Positions 44,803 through 54,547 of a stretch of DNA of 64,000 nucleotides are shown here, piece by piece. Both the position numbers and the translations under genes were made by a program. A model generated the notes under the pieces. That model saw nothing but the letters and a program-made list of their open reading frames with translations, had not been told where the DNA came from and did no database searches. The stretch is taken from sequence record NC_047838.1, one strand, 5' to 3'. The first letter of the stretch is position 1; each line of letters begins with the position of its first letter.

Positions 44803-45554
44803 GTAAGAAATTTGCGGTTTGTTTTTCTGGGTATCCTAGATTCGTTAGACAACAATTTAAGAGCATCAAAGAGAACTTCTTAGATGGTCTGGGTGACTAT
44901 GATGTCTACGCTAAGTTCCAATGGAAAGACGATTACGAAAATATTCAGATTCATCATGAGTATGATGATAAGTTTGAGGTCAACGAACTTGAGGACTTCA
45001 AAGAACTGTATGCAGACAAACTGAAGAAGATTGAGGTTATTGAACCATACAAGTTTGACTTAGAGTTTAGTGACCAGAGTGCTGAAGGAGATATGTTCCT
45101 GTCCAAAGAGCAGGCAAAGGATGTTGGATATCGAATGAAGTGCCAGTTCCAAGGTATTGCTGACTGTATTGACATCATCGACAATATCGAGGACTATGAT
45201 TATGTTGTCCGCATGAGGACTGATGTGACCTTCATGTCTGAGATTGAGATGAAGGACCTTGAGACTGATGTCATCATGAATCAGGATGGTTTTGTTGCTG
45301 GTCGTGATCGTCCCTGGTCTGATTGGTTCTTCATCTCTCCGGTCAAGGATGTTCAGTTCTTTCATGATATGGCAAAGATTGAGGAGCACTTTAGTGGGGG
45401 TGTCAGACACACCCATAACGTCCTTGCAGAGGTCGGACGTAAGTATGGCATGGAATACTTTGAGTTCTATGTTAGAACTCCCACAGCAACTGGTGGTGAT
45501 ATTGGCACACCGTTTAAGAAACAAACTAACAAGTATACTGTTATTGCACGATGA
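44799..45554 (+). CDS. Putative glycosyltransferase-like protein (paralog of 39959)
   Basis: FAVCFSGYPR...YDYVVRMRTD...SDWF. Confidence 0.55.
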   Translation: MSKKFAVCFSGYPRFVRQQFKSIKENFLDGLGDYDVYAKFQWKDDYENIQIHHEYDDKFEVNELEDFKELYADKLKKIEVIEPYKFDLEFSDQSAEGDMFLSKEQAKDVGYRMKCQFQGIADCIDIIDNIEDYDYVVRMRTDVTFMSEIEMKDLETDVIMNQDGFVAGRDRPWSDWFFISPVKDVQFFHDMAKIEEHFSGGVRHTHNVLAEVGRKYGMEYFEFYVRTPTATGGDIGTPFKKQTNKYTVIAR

Positions 45555-46567
45555 CTACAGTTTTTGCCAAGGCACCGTTGCGTTTAGCGATGGCAGGTGG
45601 CGGAACTGATCTTCTGCCATACTGGAGACATTATGGTGGTGTGGTATTGAATGGGACGATTGACCAGTATGCTTACTGTAAGATTGAACCATACCATGAG
45701 TGGTTGTTTAAGAGTGTTGATCTTGAAGAGGAGGAGGGGTATTTTCCTCTAGGTGATCAGTATGTTGACACAAAATTAAAACTGCTGATCAATACATATC
45801 AATACCTTACAAAGGGTATTGATAGGCATCCTGTTAAGATCACAACATTTGTTGAGGCACCTCCTGGTAGTGGTCTTGGTAGTTCTAGTGCTCTTGTAGT
45901 AGCACTTATCTCTGCTATTGCTGAGTATTACAGCATCCCTCTAGGCGAATATGATGTTGCAGAGTATGCTGTAGAGATTGAAAGAAATATTTGTAACCTT
46001 CCAGGTGGTAAGCAGGATCAATTTGCTGCTGCATTTGGTGGGTTTAACTTTATTGAGTTCTTGCCTGACGGTAGGACAATTGTGAATCCTTTGAGACTTA
46101 ATCCAAAGACTCAGAACATGCTTGAGTTGAGCACGGTCTTGTATTACGTCGGCAAACCAAGGATGGACGAGAGAGTTATTGAGAATACTTCACTTAATCT
46201 CCTCAATAACGATGAAGCAACTCTACAAGCAACACATAGAATCAAATCTGCTGCCATAGAATACAAGAGAAGTCTTCTTCTAGGTGATGTTGATAAGATC
46301 TGTGAGACCATGAACACCTATTGGAAGAACAAAATTCAGACTAATGAGAAGGTTGTCTCTCCTGAGTTGCTAGATAGTTATGAGTTTGCTCTTAAGAACG
46401 GAGCGAAAGCTGCTAAGATATCTGGTGCTGGTGGCGGTGGTCACATGATTCTCTTCACAGATTTTGAGAGGAGACATCAACTTATTTCTGCTCTGAAAAA
46501 GAGAAAGAAGGGAAGAGTGGTGCCATTTAAGTTCGTCAAACATGGGGTTGATGTATGGAGACCGTAG
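45551..46567 (+). CDS. hddA: D-glycero-D-manno-heptose 7-phosphate kinase (GHMP)
   Basis: KAPLRLAMAGGGTD, PPGSGLGSSSA, GGKQDQFAAAFGG, KISGAGGGG. Confidence 0.9.
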   Translation: MTTVFAKAPLRLAMAGGGTDLLPYWRHYGGVVLNGTIDQYAYCKIEPYHEWLFKSVDLEEEEGYFPLGDQYVDTKLKLLINTYQYLTKGIDRHPVKITTFVEAPPGSGLGSSSALVVALISAIAEYYSIPLGEYDVAEYAVEIERNICNLPGGKQDQFAAAFGGFNFIEFLPDGRTIVNPLRLNPKTQNMLELSTVLYYVGKPRMDERVIENTSLNLLNNDEATLQATHRIKSAAIEYKRSLLLGDVDKICETMNTYWKNKIQTNEKVVSPELLDSYEFALKNGAKAAKISGAGGGGHMILFTDFERRHQLISALKKRKKGRVVPFKFVKHGVDVWRP

Positions 46568-46905
46568 AACTTCATCCAAAAGGATGGGGATACGAAAAAT
46601 GGATTGTCAATACTGATGAGTATTGTGGCAAACTTCTCTTCTTTGAAGAAGGAAAGAGGTGTTCGTGGCACTATCATAAACTGAAAGATGAAACTTTCTA
46701 TCTTCAGTCTGGTAAGATGTTGCTTTATTATGGAGACTCTGACGATCTGAACTTAGCAAAGGACCGTATCTTAGAACCAGGAGACAAGTTTCATATCTAC
46801 CGTGGATTGAGACATCAGATGGTTGCAGTTGAACCGTCTGAACTTTTTGAATTTTCAACACAACATTTTGAAGATGATAGTTACAGAGTTATCAAAGGGG
46901 ACTAA
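46555..46905 (+). CDS. Cupin, mannose-6-phosphate-isomerase type II-like
   Basis: KGWGYE, CSWHYHKLKDETF, HQM. Confidence 0.75.
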   Translation: METVELHPKGWGYEKWIVNTDEYCGKLLFFEEGKRCSWHYHKLKDETFYLQSGKMLLYYGDSDDLNLAKDRILEPGDKFHIYRGLRHQMVAVEPSELFEFSTQHFEDDSYRVIKGD

Positions 46906-47524
46906 GTTATATCTGCTGGTAGGTGGTCGTGGAACTAGATTAGCGTCTGTAACTAACGGTAAACCTAAACCTCTTGTAGATATTCAAGAGCAATCATTCC
47001 TTGATATTGTTTTAGACAACTTATCTGGGTTTGATGTCACCTTGATATGCTCTGATTTAAACTACGAATACTTTAAAACTTACCGTAGGTCTGGTTATGA
47101 AGTATTCAACGAAGGCATTCCCTCAGGAACTGGTGGATTTTTACGGAAAGTAAATCTACCAGATTCTTTTTATGTGATGAATGGTGACACCTTTTTCTCT
47201 GGTGATTTGAACCTGGATTGTGATGAGTCAACTATCTTTGTTGCTGAAGAAGATGTGACTCATGACGTTGGATACATCCAAGGAGAGGATGGAAAGGTGA
47301 AATGTTTTGTAGAAAAGAATCCTGATGCATCTGGTAAGGAACTTGTGAGTCTTGGTATCTACAAATTGTTTAAGAAAGATATAGATATTCCGAATAAGTT
47401 GCCCGTCAGTATGGAATATGATATACTACCAAAGATGGAACTATGTTACAAAATTCTAAAGACTAGAAGGTTCGACATCGGAACTCCTGAAAGATTACAA
47501 ACATTCAAAGACTGGGTATGTTAA
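46874..47524 (+). CDS. hddC: Heptose-1-phosphate guanylyltransferase-like
   Basis: LLVGGRGTRL...KPL, GTGG, MNGDTF, FDIGTPE; next to hddA; start uncertain. Confidence 0.8.
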   Translation: MIVTELSKGTKLYLLVGGRGTRLASVTNGKPKPLVDIQEQSFLDIVLDNLSGFDVTLICSDLNYEYFKTYRRSGYEVFNEGIPSGTGGFLRKVNLPDSFYVMNGDTFFSGDLNLDCDESTIFVAEEDVTHDVGYIQGEDGKVKCFVEKNPDASGKELVSLGIYKLFKKDIDIPNKLPVSMEYDILPKMELCYKILKTRRFDIGTPERLQTFKDWVC

Positions 47525-48336
47525 AGATTATTGGTGCCACCGGTAATGTTGGCAAAAGACTTTTAGAAAAATCTCTTGATGTTTGGCATGATGATGTAGA
47601 AGCGATTGCTACACGTCTTGATAAAGATGAATTGGAATATGATTTTGACTCTCTTAATCATGAAGATGTGATTGCTTTTTGTGCAGCAATCTCTGAACCG
47701 ACTGTTTGTGCTAATAATCCTGAACTGGCTAGGAAAGTCAACGTAACTAAAACGATTGAGTTTATTGAAAAGTCAACTCAGAGGGGAGCAAGAGTTGTGT
47801 TTCTCTCAAGTGATGCGGTGTATGGTAATATTGATAATCAATTTGATGAGCAGTGGCATAAAGATCCGATTGGTGTCTATGGTGAGATGAAGTCTGAAGT
47901 TGAGGAATATTTCAGAGGAAGTCCTGATGTCAAAGTGCTTAGGTCATCGTTCAACTTCTTCAAAGAGGATAGATTTACATCGTATCTGCAGAAGTGTGCA
48001 TTAAATCATGAGGTTGCGGAGGTATTCTCTCCTTTTGAAAGATCTATTATTCATCGTGATGATACAGTTGATGCTATACTAAGTCTTTCTAGAAACTGGG
48101 AGGGTCCTCAGTTCATCAATTGTGGTGGTCCTCATACTATTTGTAGGTCTGAGTTTGCTCAAATTTTGAAGGAAGAGGTGTTCCCTTCTCTTCAAATTGA
48201 GATTGTCAGACCACCTGAAAAATTCTATCAAGACAGACCTGGCACGGTATCGATGATCTCAAATCCTCTTGTTAATGTGCTTGGCAGACCACAAAGAACG
48301 TTGAGAGAGGCAATTCGCATGGAGTTTGACGTATGA
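47518..48336 (+). CDS. dmhB: GDP-4-keto-6-deoxy-heptose reductase-like SDR
   Basis: GATGNVG, AAISEP, SSDAVYG, YGEMKSEVE; resembles Yersinia DmhB as recalled. Confidence 0.7.
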   Translation: MLKIIGATGNVGKRLLEKSLDVWHDDVEAIATRLDKDELEYDFDSLNHEDVIAFCAAISEPTVCANNPELARKVNVTKTIEFIEKSTQRGARVVFLSSDAVYGNIDNQFDEQWHKDPIGVYGEMKSEVEEYFRGSPDVKVLRSSFNFFKEDRFTSYLQKCALNHEVAEVFSPFERSIIHRDDTVDAILSLSRNWEGPQFINCGGPHTICRSEFAQILKEEVFPSLQIEIVRPPEKFYQDRPGTVSMISNPLVNVLGRPQRTLREAIRMEFDV

Positions 48337-49352
48337 AAAGAGTATTGATCACCGGAATCACAGGTCAAGTTGGTTCTCAATTAGCAGATTATATTCTCAA
48401 TAACACCGATTACGAAGTAGTTGGTATGATGCGGTGGCAAGAACCACTTGATAACATCTATCACCTGACTGATCGTATCAATAAGAAAGACAGAATCAGC
48501 ATTTACTATGCTGATTTGAATGATGGCATGTCCATCAGGAGAATGATTGAGGAGATTAGACCCGACTATATCTCTCATCTTGCTGCACAGTCATATCCAA
48601 AGACATCGTTTGATATTCCTATCGAAACTCTGCAAACAAACATCATCGGCACCGCTAATTTGCTTGAGGCAATCCGTCAGACACCAAAGTATGACCCTGT
48701 GGTGCATGTTTGCTCGTCATCTGAGGTCTATGGTAAGACACCGACAGGAGTTGTGCTTAATGAAGACACTCAAATGCATGGAGCAAGTCCATATAGTATC
48801 AGCAAAATTGGAACAGATCACCTAGGAAAATTCTATGGTGAGGCATATGGTCTGAAAACATTTATGACTCGTATGGGAACTCATACTGGACCTAGAAGGA
48901 GTGATGTTTTCTTTGAGAGCACGGTAGCAAAACAGATTGCTTTGATTGAAGCAGGTTATCAAGAACCTTATGTGTACGTTGGCAACTTGTCCAGCACTAG
49001 AACATTTCAAGATGCACGAGATGCGGTAAGAGCTTACTACCTGTTGCTTGAAGCAAGTGCTGAGGGTAGGATTGCACCAGGAGAACACTTTAATATCGCT
49101 GGTGACGAGGCATATAACCTGGAGGATGTTGTTAACCTGTTGCTGAGTTTTAGCACAAAGAGAGGTATTACAGTCAAAACTGATGTAAATCGTCTGAGAC
49201 CTATCGATGCAGACTATCAGATGTTTGACAACGCTAAAATTAAAAGTGTGATTGATTGGAAACCTGAGATTCCTACCAGACAAATGTTTCTTGATCTTTT
49301 AGTCCACTGGAGAGAGCAGATTAAGGGTGGTCGTGTGCCCCTGAATCGTTGA
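48333..49352 (+). CDS. dmhA: GDP-manno-heptose 4,6-dehydratase
   Basis: TGQVGSQLADY, MMRWQE, TSFDIPIETLQTN, RMGTHTGPRRSDVF, RPIDADYQ; resembles Yersinia DmhA as recalled. Confidence 0.85.
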   Translation: MKRVLITGITGQVGSQLADYILNNTDYEVVGMMRWQEPLDNIYHLTDRINKKDRISIYYADLNDGMSIRRMIEEIRPDYISHLAAQSYPKTSFDIPIETLQTNIIGTANLLEAIRQTPKYDPVVHVCSSSEVYGKTPTGVVLNEDTQMHGASPYSISKIGTDHLGKFYGEAYGLKTFMTRMGTHTGPRRSDVFFESTVAKQIALIEAGYQEPYVYVGNLSSTRTFQDARDAVRAYYLLLEASAEGRIAPGEHFNIAGDEAYNLEDVVNLLLSFSTKRGITVKTDVNRLRPIDADYQMFDNAKIKSVIDWKPEIPTRQMFLDLLVHWREQIKGGRVPLNR

Positions 49353-49377
49353 CTTGAGAGACAATATATACTATGAT
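49349..49377 (+). promoter_or_regulatory. Internal sigma70-like promoter in the glycan island
   Basis: TTGACT-17 nt-TATGAT in the only sizeable gap of the island. Confidence 0.65.
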
Positions 49378-49397
49378 TGAAGAAACATATTGTCTGT

Positions 49398-50369
49398 ATG
49401 AAAATTGTTATCTGGGGTCATCCCCTTGGGACGCATACTCATTCATATTCTAATCACGGATATTACCGAGCATTTAAACAACTAGGACATGATGTCCACT
49501 GGTTCCCTGATGAAGAACCACCAGAGGACTTTGACTTCTCCAACACCATCTTTATTGGTGAGGGAGATAGTGGTGCAAAACATATTCCCATCAACGACAC
49601 TAGCACATACTTCATGATGTACCTTCCTGATCCCAGGAGGTTTGATGGTGTCAAGAATCTAATCGATGTTCGTCTGACTGCAAAGAACTGTAAGGATCAC
49701 ATCTACGACTTCTCATTTGACGCGAGCAAGTGTAAGTCCATGGGTCCTAGCGTGTGGTTTGAACCTAAGAAAGAAGGTCTCATTCACTTCAAGAACGACT
49801 ATGTAGACGCAGAGATTCCTGATACAAACAAGATGTATATCAGTTGGGCAACGGATCTGCTGCCTGATGAGATTGACTTTGATGAGATGTATCGTGAGCG
49901 TGAGAAAGCTATCTGGTTCTGTGGAACAATCTCACCTCATGGTCAAGCAGAGAACTGGTCTAACTGGGAACCATTTATTGAGCAGTGTTCTAGTCATGGC
50001 TTAGATTTTCATTATAACGATGTGTGGCAGAATCCTTTGTCATTTGCTGATGTAATGGATCTGACCCGTCGATCTATGCTTGGTATCGATATTCGTGGTA
50101 AGTGGCACGTAGAGACCCGTGTGGTGACCTGTCGTGTGTTTAAGAACATCAGTTATGGTCATCTCGGCATGACTAACTCAGAGCAGATCTATCAAGAGAT
50201 GGATGGCAATATGATTTACAATCCTGATCCTGCTCAACTATTCCATGATGGAATGAAGAATCGAACCAACTTTGATTTGATTCGTAAAGGTATGCAGTAT
50301 GTCAAAGAGAATCACACATACATCAATCGTGCTACCTCCCTGTTGAAAGTATTTGAAGAAGTATCATGA
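49398..50369 (+). CDS. Putative GT-B glycosyltransferase (CgeB/DUF3880-like C-terminus)
   Basis: RAFKQLGHDVHW; RVFKNISYG; KENHTYINR. Confidence 0.6.
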   Translation: MKIVIWGHPLGTHTHSYSNHGYYRAFKQLGHDVHWFPDEEPPEDFDFSNTIFIGEGDSGAKHIPINDTSTYFMMYLPDPRRFDGVKNLIDVRLTAKNCKDHIYDFSFDASKCKSMGPSVWFEPKKEGLIHFKNDYVDAEIPDTNKMYISWATDLLPDEIDFDEMYREREKAIWFCGTISPHGQAENWSNWEPFIEQCSSHGLDFHYNDVWQNPLSFADVMDLTRRSMLGIDIRGKWHVETRVVTCRVFKNISYGHLGMTNSEQIYQEMDGNMIYNPDPAQLFHDGMKNRTNFDLIRKGMQYVKENHTYINRATSLLKVFEEVS

Positions 50370-51172
50370 ATAAAGCAACTATTGTCTCTGCTCTCTTTAA
50401 TATTGAGAGAGAGGTTATGGATGGTAGACCTTGGGAGGAGTATCTTAAATGGTTTGACATCTTTCTGAAACTTAAGACACCGATGGTTCTCTTTGTCACA
50501 GAGGACCTTGTGGAGTTTATTGACGAAAGACGTAAGGATATTCCAACTAAAGTCATCGTTCAGAAGACAGAAGACATCCCATACTTCTATCTTCATGACC
50601 AGATTCAAGAGATTCTTGACTCTGAAGAATACAAAGAGAAGATCTCTGATCCTGATAGGATTGAGTGTAATCATGCTATGTATTCTGTTATTCAGTATTC
50701 CAAATTCCCTTGGATGAAGAAAGCAGCAGAACTGAATCCACATGACTCTGATGTATTCTTCTGGTTGGATGCTGGTGGATCTAGATTCTTCGGTGACTTT
50801 GACCTGAACAAAGAGTTCCCAGGTAAACCCGCATATGAATCCCTGGAGGAGATGGGTGAAAGTTTCTTGATTCAGATGAATTGTGATTACTACCCTGATC
50901 TATTTCAGAAGAAAGAACTCACCCTGTCATACCTCTTTGACAATAGATCATATGTTCTGGGTTCTCTGTTTGGTGGACATAAGAACTCTGTTGCAAAGGT
51001 GTGTGATATGGTAGAGGACATTCTGTTGAACAGAATGATCAAGAAAGGTAATGTAAATAACGAACAGATTGCTCTAGGATACTTGGTTAAGAAGCATCCT
51101 GATGAGTTTTCTGTGTACTCCAGGACGAATGGAGAGCACATGGACATCTTTAACGTATTAGCAAGCGAATGA
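50366..51172 (+). CDS. HtrL/YibB (WlaTC)-family glycosyltransferase-like
   Basis: TIVSALF, YSVIQYSKF, FWLDAG, NEQ. Confidence 0.75.
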   Translation: MNKATIVSALFNIEREVMDGRPWEEYLKWFDIFLKLKTPMVLFVTEDLVEFIDERRKDIPTKVIVQKTEDIPYFYLHDQIQEILDSEEYKEKISDPDRIECNHAMYSVIQYSKFPWMKKAAELNPHDSDVFFWLDAGGSRFFGDFDLNKEFPGKPAYESLEEMGESFLIQMNCDYYPDLFQKKELTLSYLFDNRSYVLGSLFGGHKNSVAKVCDMVEDILLNRMIKKGNVNNEQIALGYLVKKHPDEFSVYSRTNGEHMDIFNVLASE

Positions 51173-52122
51173 AAGTAGCAATTGTTGGACCTGGCATCAT
51201 GCCTATCCCACCTACAGGATGGGGTGCAGTTGAGATTCTGATCTGGGATCAGAAACTTGCTCTTGAGAAACTGGGTCATGAAGTTCAGATTGTAAATACA
51301 CCTAACCCTGTTGAAATTATTCAACAGATCAACGCATATCGACCCGACTTTGTTCATGTTCAGTATGATGACTTTGTTGAGGTTGTTCCCTACATTCAGT
51401 ATCCTTGTGCGATTACCAGTCACTTTGGATATCTAGAGCAACCAAGTAGGTGGGATTACTATGGTCCTAGGGTAGCAAAGAAATTTGTAGAACTTAAACC
51501 AAATGTATTCTGTTTGTCTCAGGGCATTAAGGATACTTACAATAGTATGATGGGATTTAAAGATGAGAATCTTTTTGTCACACCTAACGGAGTCAACCTC
51601 ACTAACTTCAAAGTTTCTGACAATCCTGAGTGTCCTGACAAGTCTATCTACCTTGCTAAGATTGACTATCGTAAGCGTCAGCACATGTTCCAGAGTATTG
51701 AGAGTCTGTATTTTGCTGGCAATAATGCAGACCCCCGCTTTGATGTAAACACCAGATACCTGGGTGAGTGGTCCAAGGATCACCTCTATAACAACCTGAC
51801 AGAGTTTGGCAACCTAATCCTACTGAGTGATGGTGAAGCACATCCTCTGGTCTGTCTTGAGGCATTTGCTGCAGGTCTTGGTGTGGTTGTAAGTGAGTGG
51901 GCTGCTGCCAACCTAGATACTAGTAAGGGATTTATCACAGTCATACCCGAATCGAAGATTAGCGATATCGAGTTTGTAGAATCGGAGATTATTAAGAACA
52001 GAGAATACTCTGCAGCAAATCGGGAAGAGATTCTTGACTATGCAAAAGAGTTTGAATGGTCTAGAATAGTTGATGAATACTATGTGCCCGCGATGAACAA
52101 GATTATTGAGAGATATCAATGA
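51169..52122 (+). CDS. GT4-like glycosyltransferase
   Basis: IPPTGWGAVE, PNGV, RKRQH, EAHPLVCLEAFAAGL. Confidence 0.82.
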   Translation: MKVAIVGPGIMPIPPTGWGAVEILIWDQKLALEKLGHEVQIVNTPNPVEIIQQINAYRPDFVHVQYDDFVEVVPYIQYPCAITSHFGYLEQPSRWDYYGPRVAKKFVELKPNVFCLSQGIKDTYNSMMGFKDENLFVTPNGVNLTNFKVSDNPECPDKSIYLAKIDYRKRQHMFQSIESLYFAGNNADPRFDVNTRYLGEWSKDHLYNNLTEFGNLILLSDGEAHPLVCLEAFAAGLGVVVSEWAAANLDTSKGFITVIPESKISDIEFVESEIIKNREYSAANREEILDYAKEFEWSRIVDEYYVPAMNKIIERYQ

Positions 52123-53693
52123 AGAATCTGGTTAGTATTTTTGCAGGTCATGATGCAAACATTTCTTTCTATAGTGCAAAGGAAGATAAGTATTACACAA
52201 TTGAGATTGAGAGACTTGTAAAGAAGAGATATTTTCGTCTGCATGTAGATAATGACGAGCAGACTGTTCGTGATATTCTTTTCGAGTGTAGAAATATTGC
52301 TGCCACAGAGTGGGGTATCACTAACGACTATGAGACAGTTCTCGTCTCATCTGATGGTTGGATTAGTCCACCATCCATCATCAAAGAGGTGTTCAACACA
52401 GAGTCTGTGAAGACTGTTGCCCGACACCATGAGACCCATGCTGCTGCAGCATTCTACAAGTCCCCATTTGATGAGGCACTTATCATCTCCTACGATGGTG
52501 GTGGCGATGATGGATTCTTTAACGTCTATCGTGGAGGACCTGATGGTATTGAAAGTTTTGAAAGCATTCAGGCAGACTTTGGTGGTGCCTATCTTTTGTG
52601 TGGATCTCTAATTCGTGAGGTAGCAGAGAAGAGTAGACATCAACTTGCTCTGTCTGGAAAGTTGATGGGTCTCTGTGCATATGGAAACGTCGTAGAGGAA
52701 TACATTCCTGCATTTGAGAAGTTCTTCTTTGACAAGGACTACAAGAGACTTGCAGAGGAAACTGGTCTGCCTCTAAAGAATGTTGATGATCCATGGGCAA
52801 ATCCTCTGGAGAACTGGGTCTTTGAGGGTCAGCAAGGATACGATATTGCTGCTACGGCACAGCAGGCATTTGAGAATGCATTCTTTACTGTCTTGCAGAG
52901 ATACGAACCCGATCTTCCCCTGGTCCTTACAGGTGGATGTGCCCTTAATGTGCTGGTAAATGAGAAGATCAAACAGGTAAGCACGCGACCTTTGTATGTC
53001 CCACCTGATCCCCATGATGGTAGTCTTTCTTTAGGACACCTGTTCTTGTATAAGAAACCAACCAAGAAAGTAGACATTACATATGCTGGTCTGCCTCTGG
53101 TTGACCGACATAGACTGAAGCGTGAGATCAAAAACTATAATGCCAAGAAGATTACCAAGGCAGATGCTGCTGAACTTCTGAAGCAAGGCAACATTATTGG
53201 ATTTGTGTATGGAGATTCTGAGGTAGGACCACGCGCACTAGGTAATCGTTCTATTGTATGTGACCCTAACATCAAGGAGATGAAGGACATCTTGAATGCT
53301 AAGGTCAAGTTCCGTGAATGGTATCGTCCCTTTGCTCCTTTCTGTAAGAAGGAAGAAGCACACAGATACTTTGACTCACCTAACTTTGAGAACCTTGAGT
53401 ACATGAGCTATGCTCCTAAGGTTCGTGAAGAATATATTGAGAAACTGCCATCCATCACTCATGCTGACAATACTGCTAGACTGCAGACTGTCACAGAAGA
53501 GTCACACGCACACTTCTATGAGTTGCTTACAGAGTTTGGTAAGATCTCAGAGACTAACGTGCTGCTGAATACTTCATTCAACATCAGAGGATTCCCTGTT
53601 CTCTCTTCAATTGAGGATGCTTTGTATGCTCTAAATAACACGCAAATGGATTATGTGGTGATTGAAGATTATCTTTTTGGTAAAGCAGAATGA
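52119..53693 (+). CDS. Carbamoyltransferase (NodU/CmcH family)
   Basis: HHETHA, DGGGD, GKLMGL, GGCALN, GPRALGNRS, REWYRPFAP, LNTSFN. Confidence 0.93.
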   Translation: MKNLVSIFAGHDANISFYSAKEDKYYTIEIERLVKKRYFRLHVDNDEQTVRDILFECRNIAATEWGITNDYETVLVSSDGWISPPSIIKEVFNTESVKTVARHHETHAAAAFYKSPFDEALIISYDGGGDDGFFNVYRGGPDGIESFESIQADFGGAYLLCGSLIREVAEKSRHQLALSGKLMGLCAYGNVVEEYIPAFEKFFFDKDYKRLAEETGLPLKNVDDPWANPLENWVFEGQQGYDIAATAQQAFENAFFTVLQRYEPDLPLVLTGGCALNVLVNEKIKQVSTRPLYVPPDPHDGSLSLGHLFLYKKPTKKVDITYAGLPLVDRHRLKREIKNYNAKKITKADAAELLKQGNIIGFVYGDSEVGPRALGNRSIVCDPNIKEMKDILNAKVKFREWYRPFAPFCKKEEAHRYFDSPNFENLEYMSYAPKVREEYIEKLPSITHADNTARLQTVTEESHAHFYELLTEFGKISETNVLLNTSFNIRGFPVLSSIEDALYALNNTQMDYVVIEDYLFGKAE

Positions 53694-54547
53694 AATTTGA
53701 ATTAGGAGATTATACGATTGAGTGTGACATAGATCCTACTCAAGAGAACAACGCTAGTGATGAGAGAGTTCCGATTGAGAGTATCGGATTCATCTATAAC
53801 TGTCTTTTCAAACAGAAGAGAGCATTTGAGCACTCTGTAGAAGCAATCAGGGAGGTTTATCCTGATGCAAAGATCTATGCTGTCTCTGATGGTGGTCTTG
53901 ACTACTCATACATGGAGGATGAGAACTTTAAGTTCTCCATGGAAGAAGATACCGTGTCTGATCTGAAGAAGGTTGGAGGTGAAAACTTCTTAAGTGAAGA
54001 GTGTCAGATGTATATTAAGAGAGGCATGGCAGCAACTCTTGATCGCCTGGAGCGTGGTATCGAATACTGTGGTAATCCAGAGTGGATCTGCATGACAGAA
54101 CCTGATGTATTGATCCGTGGTAAGTTGACTGCTCCCGTTAATGGAAAACTCCTTGGATCACGTATCAATTGTGGGTGGAGAACACCAAAAGCACTTGAGC
54201 AATTCATGGGTCTCAACGAAGTGATTGCTGAAGTCGAGGGATCTATTCCAGTTCTGAGATGGGGTGCTGTTCCTGTAGTATTTCATACAGAAACTTTTCT
54301 GAAAGCACTTAAAATATACAAAGAAAACTTTAATATTGTAGACAAGTTCTCTGAGAAACATTACTCACCAGGCACCTTTGACTTGTTTATTGGTCTGGTC
54401 TTTGCTTTAATTGGTGAACCAGAAGTCTTTAACTCTGAGGTAACTGAGTGTCTTAGAAACCCTGGATGGCAGACATCAGGTCATCCAATTGTCCATCAAT
54501 ACAGAGAATATTACGAACAAAGCGATTTTTACGGAGTACCAGCATGA
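53690..54547 (+). CDS. Putative GT-A glycosyltransferase-like hypothetical
   Basis: AVSDGG, MTEPD; island context. Confidence 0.45.
   Translation: MKFELGDYTIECDIDPTQENNASDERVPIESIGFIYNCLFKQKRAFEHSVEAIREVYPDAKIYAVSDGGLDYSYMEDENFKFSMEEDTVSDLKKVGGENFLSEECQMYIKRGMAATLDRLERGIEYCGNPEWICMTEPDVLIRGKLTAPVNGKLLGSRINCGWRTPKALEQFMGLNEVIAEVEGSIPVLRWGAVPVVFHTETFLKALKIYKENFNIVDKFSEKHYSPGTFDLFIGLVFALIGEPEVFNSEVTECLRNPGWQTSGHPIVHQYREYYEQSDFYGVPA

Noticed and set aside
52119-53693. DNA hypermodification (carbamoyl-hmC) system
   Set aside because: No dCMP hydroxymethylase or other base-modification genes in the window and the context is glycan synthesis; not fully excluded without nucleoside analysis
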